Part shown: piece after piece, positions 55,982 to 64,000 of the stretch
Layout: every line of letters starts with the position of its first letter
Numbering within the stretch: position 1 is the stretch's first letter
NCBI GenBank assembly: GCA_964593885.1
Contig: CAZQKK010000002.1
Location: forward strand, 11,997 to 75,996
Direction: 5' to 3'
DNA length: 64,000 bases
Origin: an uncultured Candidatus Saccharibacteria bacterium
Lineage (GTDB): Bacteria; Patescibacteriota; UBA1384; CAILIB01
Notes under the pieces: model-generated
What the model was told of the DNA's origin: nothing
Databases searched by the model: none
Seen by the model: only the letters and a program-made list of their open reading frames with translations
Program-made: the position numbers and the translations under genes

Positions 55982-56800
55982 TTAGCTCAACCAGACGTAG
56001 AGCAGGAGTGCTGCCCCAAGTGCAAACCTGTAGTAGGCGAAAATAGCGAGGGAAGACTTCTGGAGGTAGCCAATCAAGAACCTGAGGGAGAAGTAGCCAA
56101 CAATACCTGCTGCAAGTGCTCCAACCACGTAGAAGGCTGCAAGATCAGCGGTGATCGTAAGTTCTGAAGCCGCCGTAGCGAGACGCTTGAGGGTGGCAGC
56201 GGCAATGATAGGCACGGAGAGTAAGAAGCTGTAGCGGGCTGCAGTTGCTCGCGAAAGCCCACTGAAAAGTCCGGTTGAGATGGTTGCACCAGAACGTGAA
56301 ACTCCAGGAACGAAGGCGAGAATCTGGGAGAAACCTACCAAGTAGGCTTGGCGAGACGATAGTTCGCCATTACTGTTTTTAGCTCCCACCTTCTCTGCCC
56401 TGAGCATCACAGCGCCGAAAACAATCAACATGCTCCCTATAACGGTGAGGCTCCTGAAATCTGAGGCTATCTTGTCTTCAAGCAAGAGTCCTGCAACTCC
56501 CACAACTGCAGTGATGAGCAAGATCTGCCAAGGGAGCTTTTCTTCGGCCGTAAAGGCTTTCCTTGAGGGGAGGCGAAGCTTCCCAAAGATGCTGAGTAAA
56601 TCTTTCCAGTAGAAGGCAATGAGGGCAGTGGTTGTCCCAATGTTCGTGAACATGTCAAACGAGAGACCAAAGTTCTTGGGGTCTAGTCCTAGGAAGTGTT
56701 GGGCGATAACCAGGTGTCCGGTGGATGAGATGGGGAGGAACTCGGTGAAGCCTTGAATGGCTCCTAGAAACGTTGCTTGGAGGAGTGAGATGGTAGTCAT
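55982..56800 (-). CDS. uppP: undecaprenyl-diphosphate phosphatase
   Basis: LQATFLGAIQGFTEFLPISSTGHL is the canonical UppP/BacA N-terminal motif. 8 TM. Confidence 0.9.
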   Translation of the reverse strand: MTTISLLQATFLGAIQGFTEFLPISSTGHLVIAQHFLGLDPKNFGLSFDMFTNIGTTTALIAFYWKDLLSIFGKLRLPSRKAFTAEEKLPWQILLITAVVGVAGLLLEDKIASDFRSLTVIGSMLIVFGAVMLRAEKVGAKNSNGELSSRQAYLVGFSQILAFVPGVSRSGATISTGLFSGLSRATAARYSFLLSVPIIAAATLKRLATAASELTITADLAAFYVVGALAAGIVGYFSLRFLIGYLQKSSLAIFAYYRFALGAALLLYVWLS

Positions 56801-56804
56801 GCAA

Positions 56805-57908
56805 CTAGTCTAGCAGTTCCGGGTGTGCCAGCACACGCTTCACATCCTCGAGGTTTCTGATGCTCGAGAGCTGCTGTCTGACGTGCTTGGCACCAGGGAA
56901 ATCTCTGGTGTACTCCAGGAGGTGCTTCCTAATTCTAACAAACCCGCGCTCACCAAAGAGGCCTGCAAGGTAGTCTGCGTGCTCGAGGGCCGCGGTGTGA
57001 CGTTCTTCAAGGGTGCTCTCTCGCCCCAAGAAGACCCACGGGTTGCCAATAGCCTTCCTTCCAATGAGGAAGCCGTCGGTGCCGGCAGCTTCCATTTTGG
57101 TGATACCGTCTTCAAGTGACTGCACGTCACCATTCCCCAGGACAAGGATGCCTGCATCCTTAATGATTTTGGCGCCACGAGCGATGGCTTCCCAGTCTGC
57201 AAAGCCGCTGTAGAGCTGCTTGAGGGTTCTCCCGTGGAGGGTAATGGCAACTGGGTTAACCGTGATCAGTTCTCTTACCCAGTCTTCAACGGTGATACTA
57301 TCGTAGCCAATACGGGTTTTGACACTGACGGGGATTTGTCGACGTTCTAGCTTCGCCCCAGCTTCACTTTCAATTGAGGCAATTCGCTCCTCAATGAGGG
57401 GGATGAGTCGCTCGTGGATACCGAGGAGTTCTAGGCTCTCGCCCCCAACCCACCTATCTATTCCCTCACGCGCAGCCAGGACAATCTGTTTGGCGCGCTC
57501 CGGGTCTCTAATGAGGGCTGCACCCGCTCCTCTTTCGGTGACATTCTTGGCTGGGCAACCCATGTTGATATCTACCCCATCAAAGCCAAGGGCTGCCGCA
57601 ATGGCGGCTCCTTGAATGAAGGCATTAGGGTCTGAGCCAAAGAGCTGAGCCACTACGGGACGCTCAAGTGGACTGTAGGCGAAGTCATCCAGGAGCCTAT
57701 CGGCACCAGCGCGTAAGCCTTCTACCGCGGTGAACTCGGTGAAGGTAATTGCGGGGTGGCCAATCCTTGCGGTGATTGCTCTACAGGCTGCGTCGGTAAC
57801 CCCGTCCATTGGAGCAAGCCCAATAATAGGGGTTTGGAGGTGATCCCAAAAACCCTTAGGTGCTGAAGGTGGGGTGAACTGAGAGTGCTGCATACGAGGC
57901 AAGCGCAT
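56805..57908 (-). CDS. dus: tRNA-dihydrouridine synthase
   Basis: GLAPMDGVTDAACRAI, the TIM-barrel FMN-binding blocks and the Cys in MGCPAKNV. Confidence 0.85.
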   Translation of the reverse strand: MRLPRMQHSQFTPPSAPKGFWDHLQTPIIGLAPMDGVTDAACRAITARIGHPAITFTEFTAVEGLRAGADRLLDDFAYSPLERPVVAQLFGSDPNAFIQGAAIAAALGFDGVDINMGCPAKNVTERGAGAALIRDPERAKQIVLAAREGIDRWVGGESLELLGIHERLIPLIEERIASIESEAGAKLERRQIPVSVKTRIGYDSITVEDWVRELITVNPVAITLHGRTLKQLYSGFADWEAIARGAKIIKDAGILVLGNGDVQSLEDGITKMEAAGTDGFLIGRKAIGNPWVFLGRESTLEERHTAALEHADYLAGLFGERGFVRIRKHLLEYTRDFPGAKHVRQQLSSIRNLEDVKRVLAHPELLD

Positions 57909-58319
57909 GCTACACTAATCTTACTAATCCTTCTAGCGTGTCACATGGCTTCCACACCTGAAGAATCATTCAAAGATTTCAAACACCCAGATGACGCCAG
58001 CTTCGATAAGCTGGTTGCTGCTATAGATCGTGCCTACCATCGCCCCTTCCGGATGGCAATGAGGAGCTTTCTTCACGGCATGATGACGGCTCTTGGAGCT
58101 ACGGTTGGTGCTGGTCTCGTCTTCCTCCTCCTCTTCTACATCTTGAGGAGCGTTGACTTTGGACCATACGCCGAGAAGTTTCAGAACCTGATCATTCCAG
58201 AGTCAATTAGGAAGCAGCTTGATCCAGAGGCGTACCAAAGCAGTGCTTCTCAGCAGAGCCAAGCAGTACAGCAGGCGCTGGATACGTACATTAAGCAGCA
58301 GTCGGCAAACAGTAAGTAG
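57885..58319 (+). CDS. hypothetical membrane protein
   Basis: 144-aa ORF. The true start may be the internal ATG at 57945. One central TM helix. Confidence 0.45.
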   Translation: MLHTRQAHATLILLILLACHMASTPEESFKDFKHPDDASFDKLVAAIDRAYHRPFRMAMRSFLHGMMTALGATVGAGLVFLLLFYILRSVDFGPYAEKFQNLIIPESIRKQLDPEAYQSSASQQSQAVQQALDTYIKQQSANSK

Positions 58320-58324
58320 GCTGC

Positions 58325-59290
58325 ATGATTGATTTTGCCAAGCTCCACGCGCAGGTTAGACACCACCATAAGAAGGCTCGCCACGCCTTTCACACCACCC
58401 ACAGGCACGCTAAGCGGTTGCTCAAGAAGCACAGGTTGCCTCTGGAAGAACTGAGGCAACACTCAGTTAAAACTGTGGCTGCAGCTGCCATAGTTTCTGG
58501 AGTTTTCTCAGGCCCTGCTTTTGCTTTTACCAACCAACCTGAACAGCTCAAAGATACCAAGGCCATCCAGCAAGAGGTAATTGCAGACCAGGCGGCGAGC
58601 ATCGGTGCGGTAATTGAAACCACCACCGATACCCCAGCCGGCCCTGATGCAAGCCTCGCCAATAAGGCAGGTCTCTTCACCAAGCAAATCACCAGGATCT
58701 CTCCTACCCCAAACAGCATGCTCACCGGAGAACAGGAGCAGCAGGTTGAACAGCTCATCCTGGACAACTACGGTATCCCAGCAAAGGCTGAGCTTGAGGG
58801 GATTAGGCTCAACACCACGTACGGTGTGATGGCGGGCGAACAGCACCTGCCGCTCTACCCAGGCGACACCCTCGAGAACCACGGTTCAGACCCTACCAAG
58901 CACCTCACGGGGATGGTGCCAGGGCTGCCATCGTGGGGCTACTTCGCTAAGGATAAAGCCTCGGTGACGCAGAAAGATATTGAAAGGGAGCGATACTACA
59001 TTGCCGCCCAGACCTTTTTGGCTCCCGGTTGGAACCAGAACGTCCAGAAGTACTACCAGTGGTTCAAGTACCGAAAAATGATTGTGGTGAACCCTGAAAC
59101 TGGGCAAGCCTGTGTAGTAGTGATAGGTGATGCCGGCCCAAGTCCTTTCCTCAAGCGAAGCTTTGGAGGCTCCAACGAGGTAATGATGCACGTAGGCCTC
59201 GGCCTCAAGCGCAAGGGAGCCGTGTATGCACTCTTCGTTGACGATCCAAACGACACCATACCCCTAGGACCTGTAGGAGGAACACCATGA
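58325..59290 (+). CDS. secreted/anchored protein with His/Lys/Arg-rich N-terminal tail and possible C-terminal double-psi beta-barrel (RlpA/3D-like) domain
   Basis: N-terminal HAQVRHHHKKARHAFHTTHRHAKRLLKKHR before a TM segment. The C-terminal KMIVVNPETGQACVVVIGDAGPSP...GGSNEVMMHVGLGL resembles the DPBB xVxDRGP pattern. Confidence 0.45.
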   Translation: MIDFAKLHAQVRHHHKKARHAFHTTHRHAKRLLKKHRLPLEELRQHSVKTVAAAAIVSGVFSGPAFAFTNQPEQLKDTKAIQQEVIADQAASIGAVIETTTDTPAGPDASLANKAGLFTKQITRISPTPNSMLTGEQEQQVEQLILDNYGIPAKAELEGIRLNTTYGVMAGEQHLPLYPGDTLENHGSDPTKHLTGMVPGLPSWGYFAKDKASVTQKDIERERYYIAAQTFLAPGWNQNVQKYYQWFKYRKMIVVNPETGQACVVVIGDAGPSPFLKRSFGGSNEVMMHVGLGLKRKGAVYALFVDDPNDTIPLGPVGGTP

Positions 59291-59613
59291 GCATGTTCTA
59301 CGACCACCTCGTTGCCTGGCCAGTGGTGAACGCAAAGCTCTCTGAATTTGACCTCACCAGTGGTGAGAGAGATGAGCTTTTGAGGCTCCTAGATGAAACT
59401 ATTCACTTTGAGGTTATGCGCCACCTCTTTGAGGTGCTCCCACTCCACGTTCACGAGAGCTTCGTTCTCCAGGTAAAGGAGGCGCCTCACCGCCCTGAGA
59501 GGCTCACCTTCATCAGGCAGTACCACCCAACAGCCGAGGATACCATTAGAATGGTGGCTGAGAGATCAACATCTCGGTTCCTCGATACCATCCACGCCAG
59601 CATGCTACACTAG
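59287..59613 (+). CDS. hypothetical protein
   Basis: 108-aa ORF translationally coupled to its neighbours. Confidence 0.45.
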   Translation: MSMFYDHLVAWPVVNAKLSEFDLTSGERDELLRLLDETIHFEVMRHLFEVLPLHVHESFVLQVKEAPHRPERLTFIRQYHPTAEDTIRMVAERSTSRFLDTIHASMLH

Positions 59614-59617
59614 GAAT

Positions 59618-60148
59618 ATGGAACAGCCTGGCACTACCCCCTACACCGACGCCGAGTACATCGCCTTCAGACCCGTAATGGACTGGTGGGTGGTTGGTGT
59701 GTTCATCCTCGTGATTACCGTTTTGATTGCGGGCATCCCGCTCATCCTCTGGACAGCTTCGGTTGGTCCAGTGGCAAGTGCTGCCACTGTGCTTGCGATG
59801 GTCTTGGGGAGCATCTACTACATCGATATTGCTTTCTACAGCTACTACGTCCTGGATAGGGAGCAGCTTGTGGTAACCAGTCACATCAGGCAGCTCTTCT
59901 TCCCGTACCGCACCATGGTTTCCTTGAAGCCAGGGGGCTTGCACGGTCTCCTCTCAATCGGGCCTAAGAAGCGTTTTGCGCTTTCACGGAAAAATGTCAT
60001 TATCAAACTTGCGAAAGGTCCATGGAAGAGCATTTCGGTGAGTCCGAAAGACCGGGAACTTTTCATTCAAACTATCTTGGAGCGAATTGATGGAGAGCGT
60101 TCAAAGCGAGCCTCTCGAACAAAGGGTGGGGCGCCCAAACATTCGTAA
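59618..60148 (+). CDS. membrane protein with bacterial PH (bPH_2/YdbS-like) domain
   Basis: Two TM helices followed by a roughly 90-aa domain with the YVLDREQLVV...KLAKGP pattern typical of bPH_2. Confidence 0.55.
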   Translation: MEQPGTTPYTDAEYIAFRPVMDWWVVGVFILVITVLIAGIPLILWTASVGPVASAATVLAMVLGSIYYIDIAFYSYYVLDREQLVVTSHIRQLFFPYRTMVSLKPGGLHGLLSIGPKKRFALSRKNVIIKLAKGPWKSISVSPKDRELFIQTILERIDGERSKRASRTKGGAPKHS

Positions 60149-60165
60149 GTAACGCAGGAGGTCAG

Positions 60166-60816
60166 ATGAAATTTGCTATCGCAGGAATGATTGCATTTTG
60201 TGTGTTGCTCATTGGCGGTGCTGTCTTTTTTGCAACTCGTCCTGAAGCTCCTCAGGTGAGAACCATCCCTATGAGCGAACAGTACACCAAGCGGGTTGAG
60301 GAAGGTTCATGGGTGAAGGGTGCAGCCAACGCTACAGTCACCATCACCGAGTACGCTGACTACCAGTGTCCAGGGTGTGCTGGGATGGCACCTATCATCA
60401 CTGAGGTGCTCTCAAAGACTGACTTCGTGAAGCTTGAGTACCGTAACTACCCACTCACCCAGCACAACAAGGCTCGCCTTGCAGCGCGTGCCGCTGAGGC
60501 TGCAGGGAGACAGGGAAAGTACTGGGACATGCACGGGGTACTGTTTGCAAACCAGTCTAGCTGGGAGAACCTTTCACTTGCAGTCTTTAGGGATACCGTA
60601 AAGGATTACGCTAAGAACCTCGGACTCAACGCTGAGCAGTTTGTGGCAGACCTTGATGATAAGACCATTGATGATCAGGTCAACAAGGATATTACCGAGG
60701 GAAACAAAGTGCCGGTAACCGGAACCCCAACCATTTCAATCAATGGCAAGAAGCTTGAGACACTCCCAAAGAGTGCTGATGAATTCATTTCGCTACTCCA
60801 GGCTGCAAAACAGTAG
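60166..60816 (+). CDS. DsbA-like thioredoxin-fold thiol-disulfide oxidoreductase (membrane anchored)
   Basis: N-terminal TM plus a YQCPGCAG CxxC active site in a thioredoxin-like domain. Confidence 0.8.
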   Translation: MKFAIAGMIAFCVLLIGGAVFFATRPEAPQVRTIPMSEQYTKRVEEGSWVKGAANATVTITEYADYQCPGCAGMAPIITEVLSKTDFVKLEYRNYPLTQHNKARLAARAAEAAGRQGKYWDMHGVLFANQSSWENLSLAVFRDTVKDYAKNLGLNAEQFVADLDDKTIDDQVNKDITEGNKVPVTGTPTISINGKKLETLPKSADEFISLLQAAKQ

Positions 60817-60818
60817 TA

Positions 60819-62012
60819 GTGGAGTACCTTTCAGGAGAATCACTTCCGGAACTCACCGTTTCGCAGGCCCTCGCGGTCTGTAATCGGTGCTTTGAAGGCC
60901 TCGAGCTTCTCGTTGAGGGAGAGGTGAGCGGCTACGGGGTGAGCCAGGGGAAGTGGGTTTTCTTTGACCTCAAGGACACCACGGTTGAGGCTAAGGTGAG
61001 GTGCTTTACCACCGTCCACCAGCTCTCGGTGCAGCTTGAGGACGGGATGCGGGTACTCATGAAGGCTAGGCCAAACATCCACGCCAAAACAGGGAACTTT
61101 AGTTTCATCCCTTCCTACATTGAGCCGCGGGGAGAGGGAAGCCTCAAGCGCGCCTTTGAGCTCCTCAAGAAGAAGCTTGAAGCAGAGGGGTTGTTTGATG
61201 TTTATCGCAAGCGCCAAATTCCTGCCATTCCCCAGCACGTTGGCATCCTCTCATCAGAGGGAGCTGCTGGTTTTGGGGACTTCATGAGGATAGCTAAGGA
61301 TAGGCTCCCAGGGGTGACGTACACCTTGGCGAATGTAGCGGTCCAGGGGGTGAATGCTGAGGCAGAGCTAGTGGCTGGCCTAGACTACCTTAACAGCTAC
61401 GTTGAGCCTGAGGTTATCGTGATTATCAGGGGAGGGGGTAGCCTAGAGGATCTCCAAGCTTTCAATAGTGAGCACCTCGCCCGGGCGATTATAAGATCCA
61501 AAGCTCCGGTGATAGTTGGAGTTGGTCATGAGCGAGACGTGAGCATCGCAGATTTTGTGGCTGACGTGAGGGCATCAACTCCAAGCAACGCTGCCGAGAG
61601 GGTGGTGCCAACTAGGGAAAGTATCCAGACAAAGGTGGTGTACGTGGTGAGTAGCATGGAGCGATCAACCCTGTCGCACCTCCAGCGTTTGCGCAACCTG
61701 ATCACCCAGCAGCTCTCGCGTGAGAGCGAGAGTATCTTGAGGTTCACCTATGGCGTGAGAGCTCAGGTTACCCAGCAGCTAGCCTTAGGTAAGCAGACCA
61801 TTACCTACCACCTCCAGACTCTCAGGAGCCAGGTGCACTCACGTCTCGTGACGGTGGAGGCACTGGCACCAACCAATGTGCTCTCTCGTGGCTACAGTGT
61901 CACTACAGTGGCTGGGAAGGTGGTGCGAAAGGTAGGCGATGCACCAGCAGGGAGCAACCTCACCACCCACGTTTCAGATGGAACTATAACCTCACTAGTA
62001 ACTAAGGAGTAG
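60819..62012 (+). CDS. xseA: exodeoxyribonuclease VII large subunit
   Basis: N-terminal OB-fold (VEGEVSGYGVSQGKWVFFDLKD) and the catalytic domain GGGS (IRGGGSLEDL). GTG start just after the dsbA-like stop. Followed by xseB. Confidence 0.85.
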   Translation: MEYLSGESLPELTVSQALAVCNRCFEGLELLVEGEVSGYGVSQGKWVFFDLKDTTVEAKVRCFTTVHQLSVQLEDGMRVLMKARPNIHAKTGNFSFIPSYIEPRGEGSLKRAFELLKKKLEAEGLFDVYRKRQIPAIPQHVGILSSEGAAGFGDFMRIAKDRLPGVTYTLANVAVQGVNAEAELVAGLDYLNSYVEPEVIVIIRGGGSLEDLQAFNSEHLARAIIRSKAPVIVGVGHERDVSIADFVADVRASTPSNAAERVVPTRESIQTKVVYVVSSMERSTLSHLQRLRNLITQQLSRESESILRFTYGVRAQVTQQLALGKQTITYHLQTLRSQVHSRLVTVEALAPTNVLSRGYSVTTVAGKVVRKVGDAPAGSNLTTHVSDGTITSLVTKE

Positions 62013-62014
62013 CC

Positions 62015-62230
62015 ATGCCAACAAAACCACAAGCTGGTGAAGGAAGTAGCCTCTCAGCAAAACTTTCACGCCTTGCCGAACTTGAAACCTTTTTTCAGCA
62101 ACCAGACCTCAACCTTGATGAGGCGCTTGAGAAGCACCGGGAGGCAGTGAAGCTGGGTACCGAAATCCTCACCTACCTTGAAACAGCCGAGAGCGAACTG
62201 AAGAAGGTAAAGCTTCCCACAGCTGAGTAG
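62015..62230 (+). CDS. xseB: exodeoxyribonuclease VII small subunit
   Basis: 71-aa helical protein (LSRLAELETFFQQPDLNLDEALEKHREAVKL) immediately downstream of xseA. Confidence 0.8.
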   Translation: MPTKPQAGEGSSLSAKLSRLAELETFFQQPDLNLDEALEKHREAVKLGTEILTYLETAESELKKVKLPTAE

Positions 62231-62450
62231 GACAGGTAGGGGGTTAGAGGCTTGAGAAAACCCCTGCTTTCTGGTATTTTGCCCTTACCTTACGCCGAGT
62301 GTACGCAGACATACTGCGTGCATCGAGGGGAAAAGTGTAAGAAATTGCCTCTAGAAGCTAATAAACAAAAACTTCTTTTTCAAAGCTATTGCACCAGGTT
62401 AGTAACTCTACTATCCTCATCCTCGTAACAAGTCGTAACCTCTCCTGCGT

Positions 62451-62612
62451 ATGAATGCTCGCGCCATCGATAGCCTGGACCTTCAGTTCTCAGAGCGTGA
62501 CAACACGGCTGATGCCCTCTTCGAAGAAGAGACCACAGCAGTTGCCACAGAAGACAGTACCGAACTTGAGCTGATGGACCCTGAGCTTATCGGGTACGAT
62601 CCCTTCTTCTAG
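62451..62612 (+). CDS. small acidic protein (53 aa), not in ORF track
   Basis: MNARAIDSLDLQFSERDNTADALFEEETTAVATEDSTELELMDPELIGYDPFF. A candidate promoter TTGCAC-17-TATCCT sits at 62389-62417 and a terminator at 62642-62676. Confidence 0.45.
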   Translation: MNARAIDSLDLQFSERDNTADALFEEETTAVATEDSTELELMDPELIGYDPFF

Positions 62613-62641
62613 CGACGCCCGGTCAATCCCAGACCATACAA

Positions 62642-62676
62642 AAACGCCCCCTCCACCTGGACAGGGCGTTTTTTCG
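62642..62676 (+). terminator. rho-independent terminator (AACGCCC-loop-GGGCGTT + T6)
   Basis: Hairpin with a T-run after the small acidic ORF. Confidence 0.6.
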
Positions 62677-62692
62677 ACCCTACAATGAAAAC

Positions 62693-63154
62693 ATGCGAAT
62701 CACCCTTGGTGCTGACCACCGTGGTTTTGAACTAAAAAATCTTCTCACTTCAGAGGTGGGGAGGCTTGGACACGTCGCGGTAGATCAGGGAGCGAAGGAG
62801 CTCATCCCAGGTGATGACTACACTCCCTACGCTGACGCCGTGGTACTTGCGGTGAAGCGGGGCGAAGCAGATCTTGGGGTACTCATCTGCGGGAGCGGTG
62901 AAGGAATGGCTATGGAGGCAAACCGCTTCATAGGCATTAGAGCAGCCGTTGTCTGGCGTCCCGAGGTTGCTACTACCTCAAGGCAGCACAACAACGCCAA
63001 TATTCTGGTACTCCCAGCTGACTACCTTGATGCTGAGACAGCAAAAGCATGCCTGGAGAAGTTTGTAGCAACGCCTTTCTCAAGGGAGGAGCGACACCAG
63101 CGCCGAATCCTCGCCATGGATGCGCCTCACCAACCACAACCAATCAACGTCTGA
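62693..63154 (+). CDS. rpiB: ribose-5-phosphate isomerase B
   Basis: MRITLGADHRGFELK...ICGSGEGMAMEANRF are the canonical RpiB/LacAB blocks. Confidence 0.85.
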   Translation: MRITLGADHRGFELKNLLTSEVGRLGHVAVDQGAKELIPGDDYTPYADAVVLAVKRGEADLGVLICGSGEGMAMEANRFIGIRAAVVWRPEVATTSRQHNNANILVLPADYLDAETAKACLEKFVATPFSREERHQRRILAMDAPHQPQPINV

Positions 63155-63157
63155 AAG

Positions 63158-63814
63158 ATGTCACCTGAAATTATTCCTGCAATTCTTGCCCATAGTTTTG
63201 AAGAGTACACCACGCGGTTGAGCTTGGTGGAAGCTAGTAACGCAACATGGGTACACGTGGATATTATGGATGGGCAGTTTGTTCCAAACATTACCGTGAT
63301 GCCCCACGAGATTATGAGCATCGGCACAAGGCTGAAGCTTGAAGCCCACCTCATGACACAAGCTCCTGAAAGGTACTTCTCAGACCTCACGGTAGCCGGC
63401 TGTGCACGGGTACTCCTGCATAGGGAAGCTTACTCAGACCTAGCGGCCTGCGCTAAGGCGCTCAAACAGGCAAAAGACTACTTTGGTGAGGTTGGTCTCG
63501 TCCTCAACCCAGGTACCGCACTTGAGCCATACGAGGGGCTTGAGCTCAACTCAATTCAGGTGATGGGAGCAGAGCCAGGACACTCGGGTCAGATGCTCTT
63601 AGATAGTACCTTTGACCGTCTGCGTGAGCTTTCCTCACAGCGCCTACCAGGTGTAACCCTTGCAGTAGACTGCGGGGTAAGCGAAGATACCATTGCACCA
63701 CTCAAAGAAGCGGGGGCAAAACGGTTTGTTATCGCAACTCACCTATTTGTGAATAACGCCGTGAGTCAAAATTTTACCTACTTTAGTCAGTTAGTAACAG
63801 GAGGGGCAGCATGA
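63158..63814 (+). CDS. rpe: ribulose-phosphate 3-epimerase
   Basis: IIPAILAHSFEEY...HVDIMDGQFVPNIT...EAHLM are the typical Rpe motifs. Confidence 0.85.
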   Translation: MSPEIIPAILAHSFEEYTTRLSLVEASNATWVHVDIMDGQFVPNITVMPHEIMSIGTRLKLEAHLMTQAPERYFSDLTVAGCARVLLHREAYSDLAACAKALKQAKDYFGEVGLVLNPGTALEPYEGLELNSIQVMGAEPGHSGQMLLDSTFDRLRELSSQRLPGVTLAVDCGVSEDTIAPLKEAGAKRFVIATHLFVNNAVSQNFTYFSQLVTGGAA

Positions 63815-64000
63815 GAAAAGTACGAATTGGTATCAACGGCTTCGGACGTATTGGCCGAAACGCACTCAAGGTAGCATTCGCCCACAGAGAGCACTGTGAA
63901 GTGGTAGGTATCAACGATCTCACCGATACCAAGACACTCGCTCACCTCCTTCGCCACGACACCGCTTACGGCACCTACGATAAAGAAATCTCTTTTGATG
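63811..64000 (+). CDS. gap: glyceraldehyde-3-phosphate dehydrogenase (5' partial, continues beyond window)
   Basis: MRKVRIGINGFGRIGRNALK NAD-binding N-terminus. Start overlaps the rpe stop (ATGA). Truncated by the window edge. Confidence 0.85.
   Translation, partial: MRKVRIGINGFGRIGRNALKVAFAHREHCEVVGINDLTDTKTLAHLLRHDTAYGTYDKEISFD

Noticed and set aside
1-64000. Search for tRNA, rRNA, transposase/integrase, prophage or CRISPR-Cas features
   Set aside because: None recognised. The only mobility signal is the compositional anomaly of the 3101-6049 island, which has no flanking direct repeats or integrase that I could identify.

Overview
This 64 kb window is a gene-dense chromosomal segment from a moderately GC-rich (~55%) bacterium. 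The organism appears monoderm-like: it carries a heliorhodopsin, many secreted hydrolases with Pro/Thr-rich linkers and single transmembrane anchors, a type IV (prepilin-type) pilin, and an RND pump with no membrane fusion protein. Operons are compact and many genes are translationally coupled. A Patescibacteria/Saccharibacteria-like or other Gram-positive-type lineage is plausible, but the sequence does not prove it.

Most genes are housekeeping:
- Central metabolism and nucleotide handling: metK, class II fructose-1,6-bisphosphatase (glpX), malic enzyme, ribose-5-phosphate isomerase B, ribulose-phosphate 3-epimerase, GAPDH, dUTPase.
- Redox and stress: thioredoxin reductase (TrxR), Bcp-type peroxiredoxin, DsbA, CcdA/TlpA.
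- RNA/DNA and envelope housekeeping: tRNA-dihydrouridine synthase (Dus), undecaprenyl-diphosphate phosphatase (UppP), exodeoxyribonuclease VII (XseA/XseB), DEAD-box helicase, ABC-F ATPase.
- Transport and signalling: two MacB-type ABC exporters, an RND pump, a histidine kinase and a response regulator.

The best candidate for an undescribed system is a sharply AT-rich island at 3101-6049. It holds four translationally coupled genes: a MazG-like NTP pyrophosphohydrolase, a DUF2075/Schlafen-like protein that combines a PD-(D/E)xK nuclease motif with an SF1 helicase ATPase, a secreted Excalibur-domain protein, and an ASCH (PUA-like) protein. This looks like a horizontally acquired nuclease-helicase defense-type module.

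Other notable points:
- a SAM-I riboswitch upstream of metK
- a heliorhodopsin gene
- a thiol-oxidative-folding/pilin cluster
- a SAMHD1/dGTPase-type HD protein
- a methyltransferase/sulfatase-like/methyltransferase envelope-modification operon
- a Grx-TrxR fusion
- several small ORFs absent from the ORF track, including a 57-aa two-TM protein, a 47-aa single-TM protein abutting the RND pump, and a 53-aa acidic protein with its own promoter and terminator
- a recurring family of GC-rich hairpin terminators

No rRNA, tRNA, CRISPR array, transposase or integrase was recognised.
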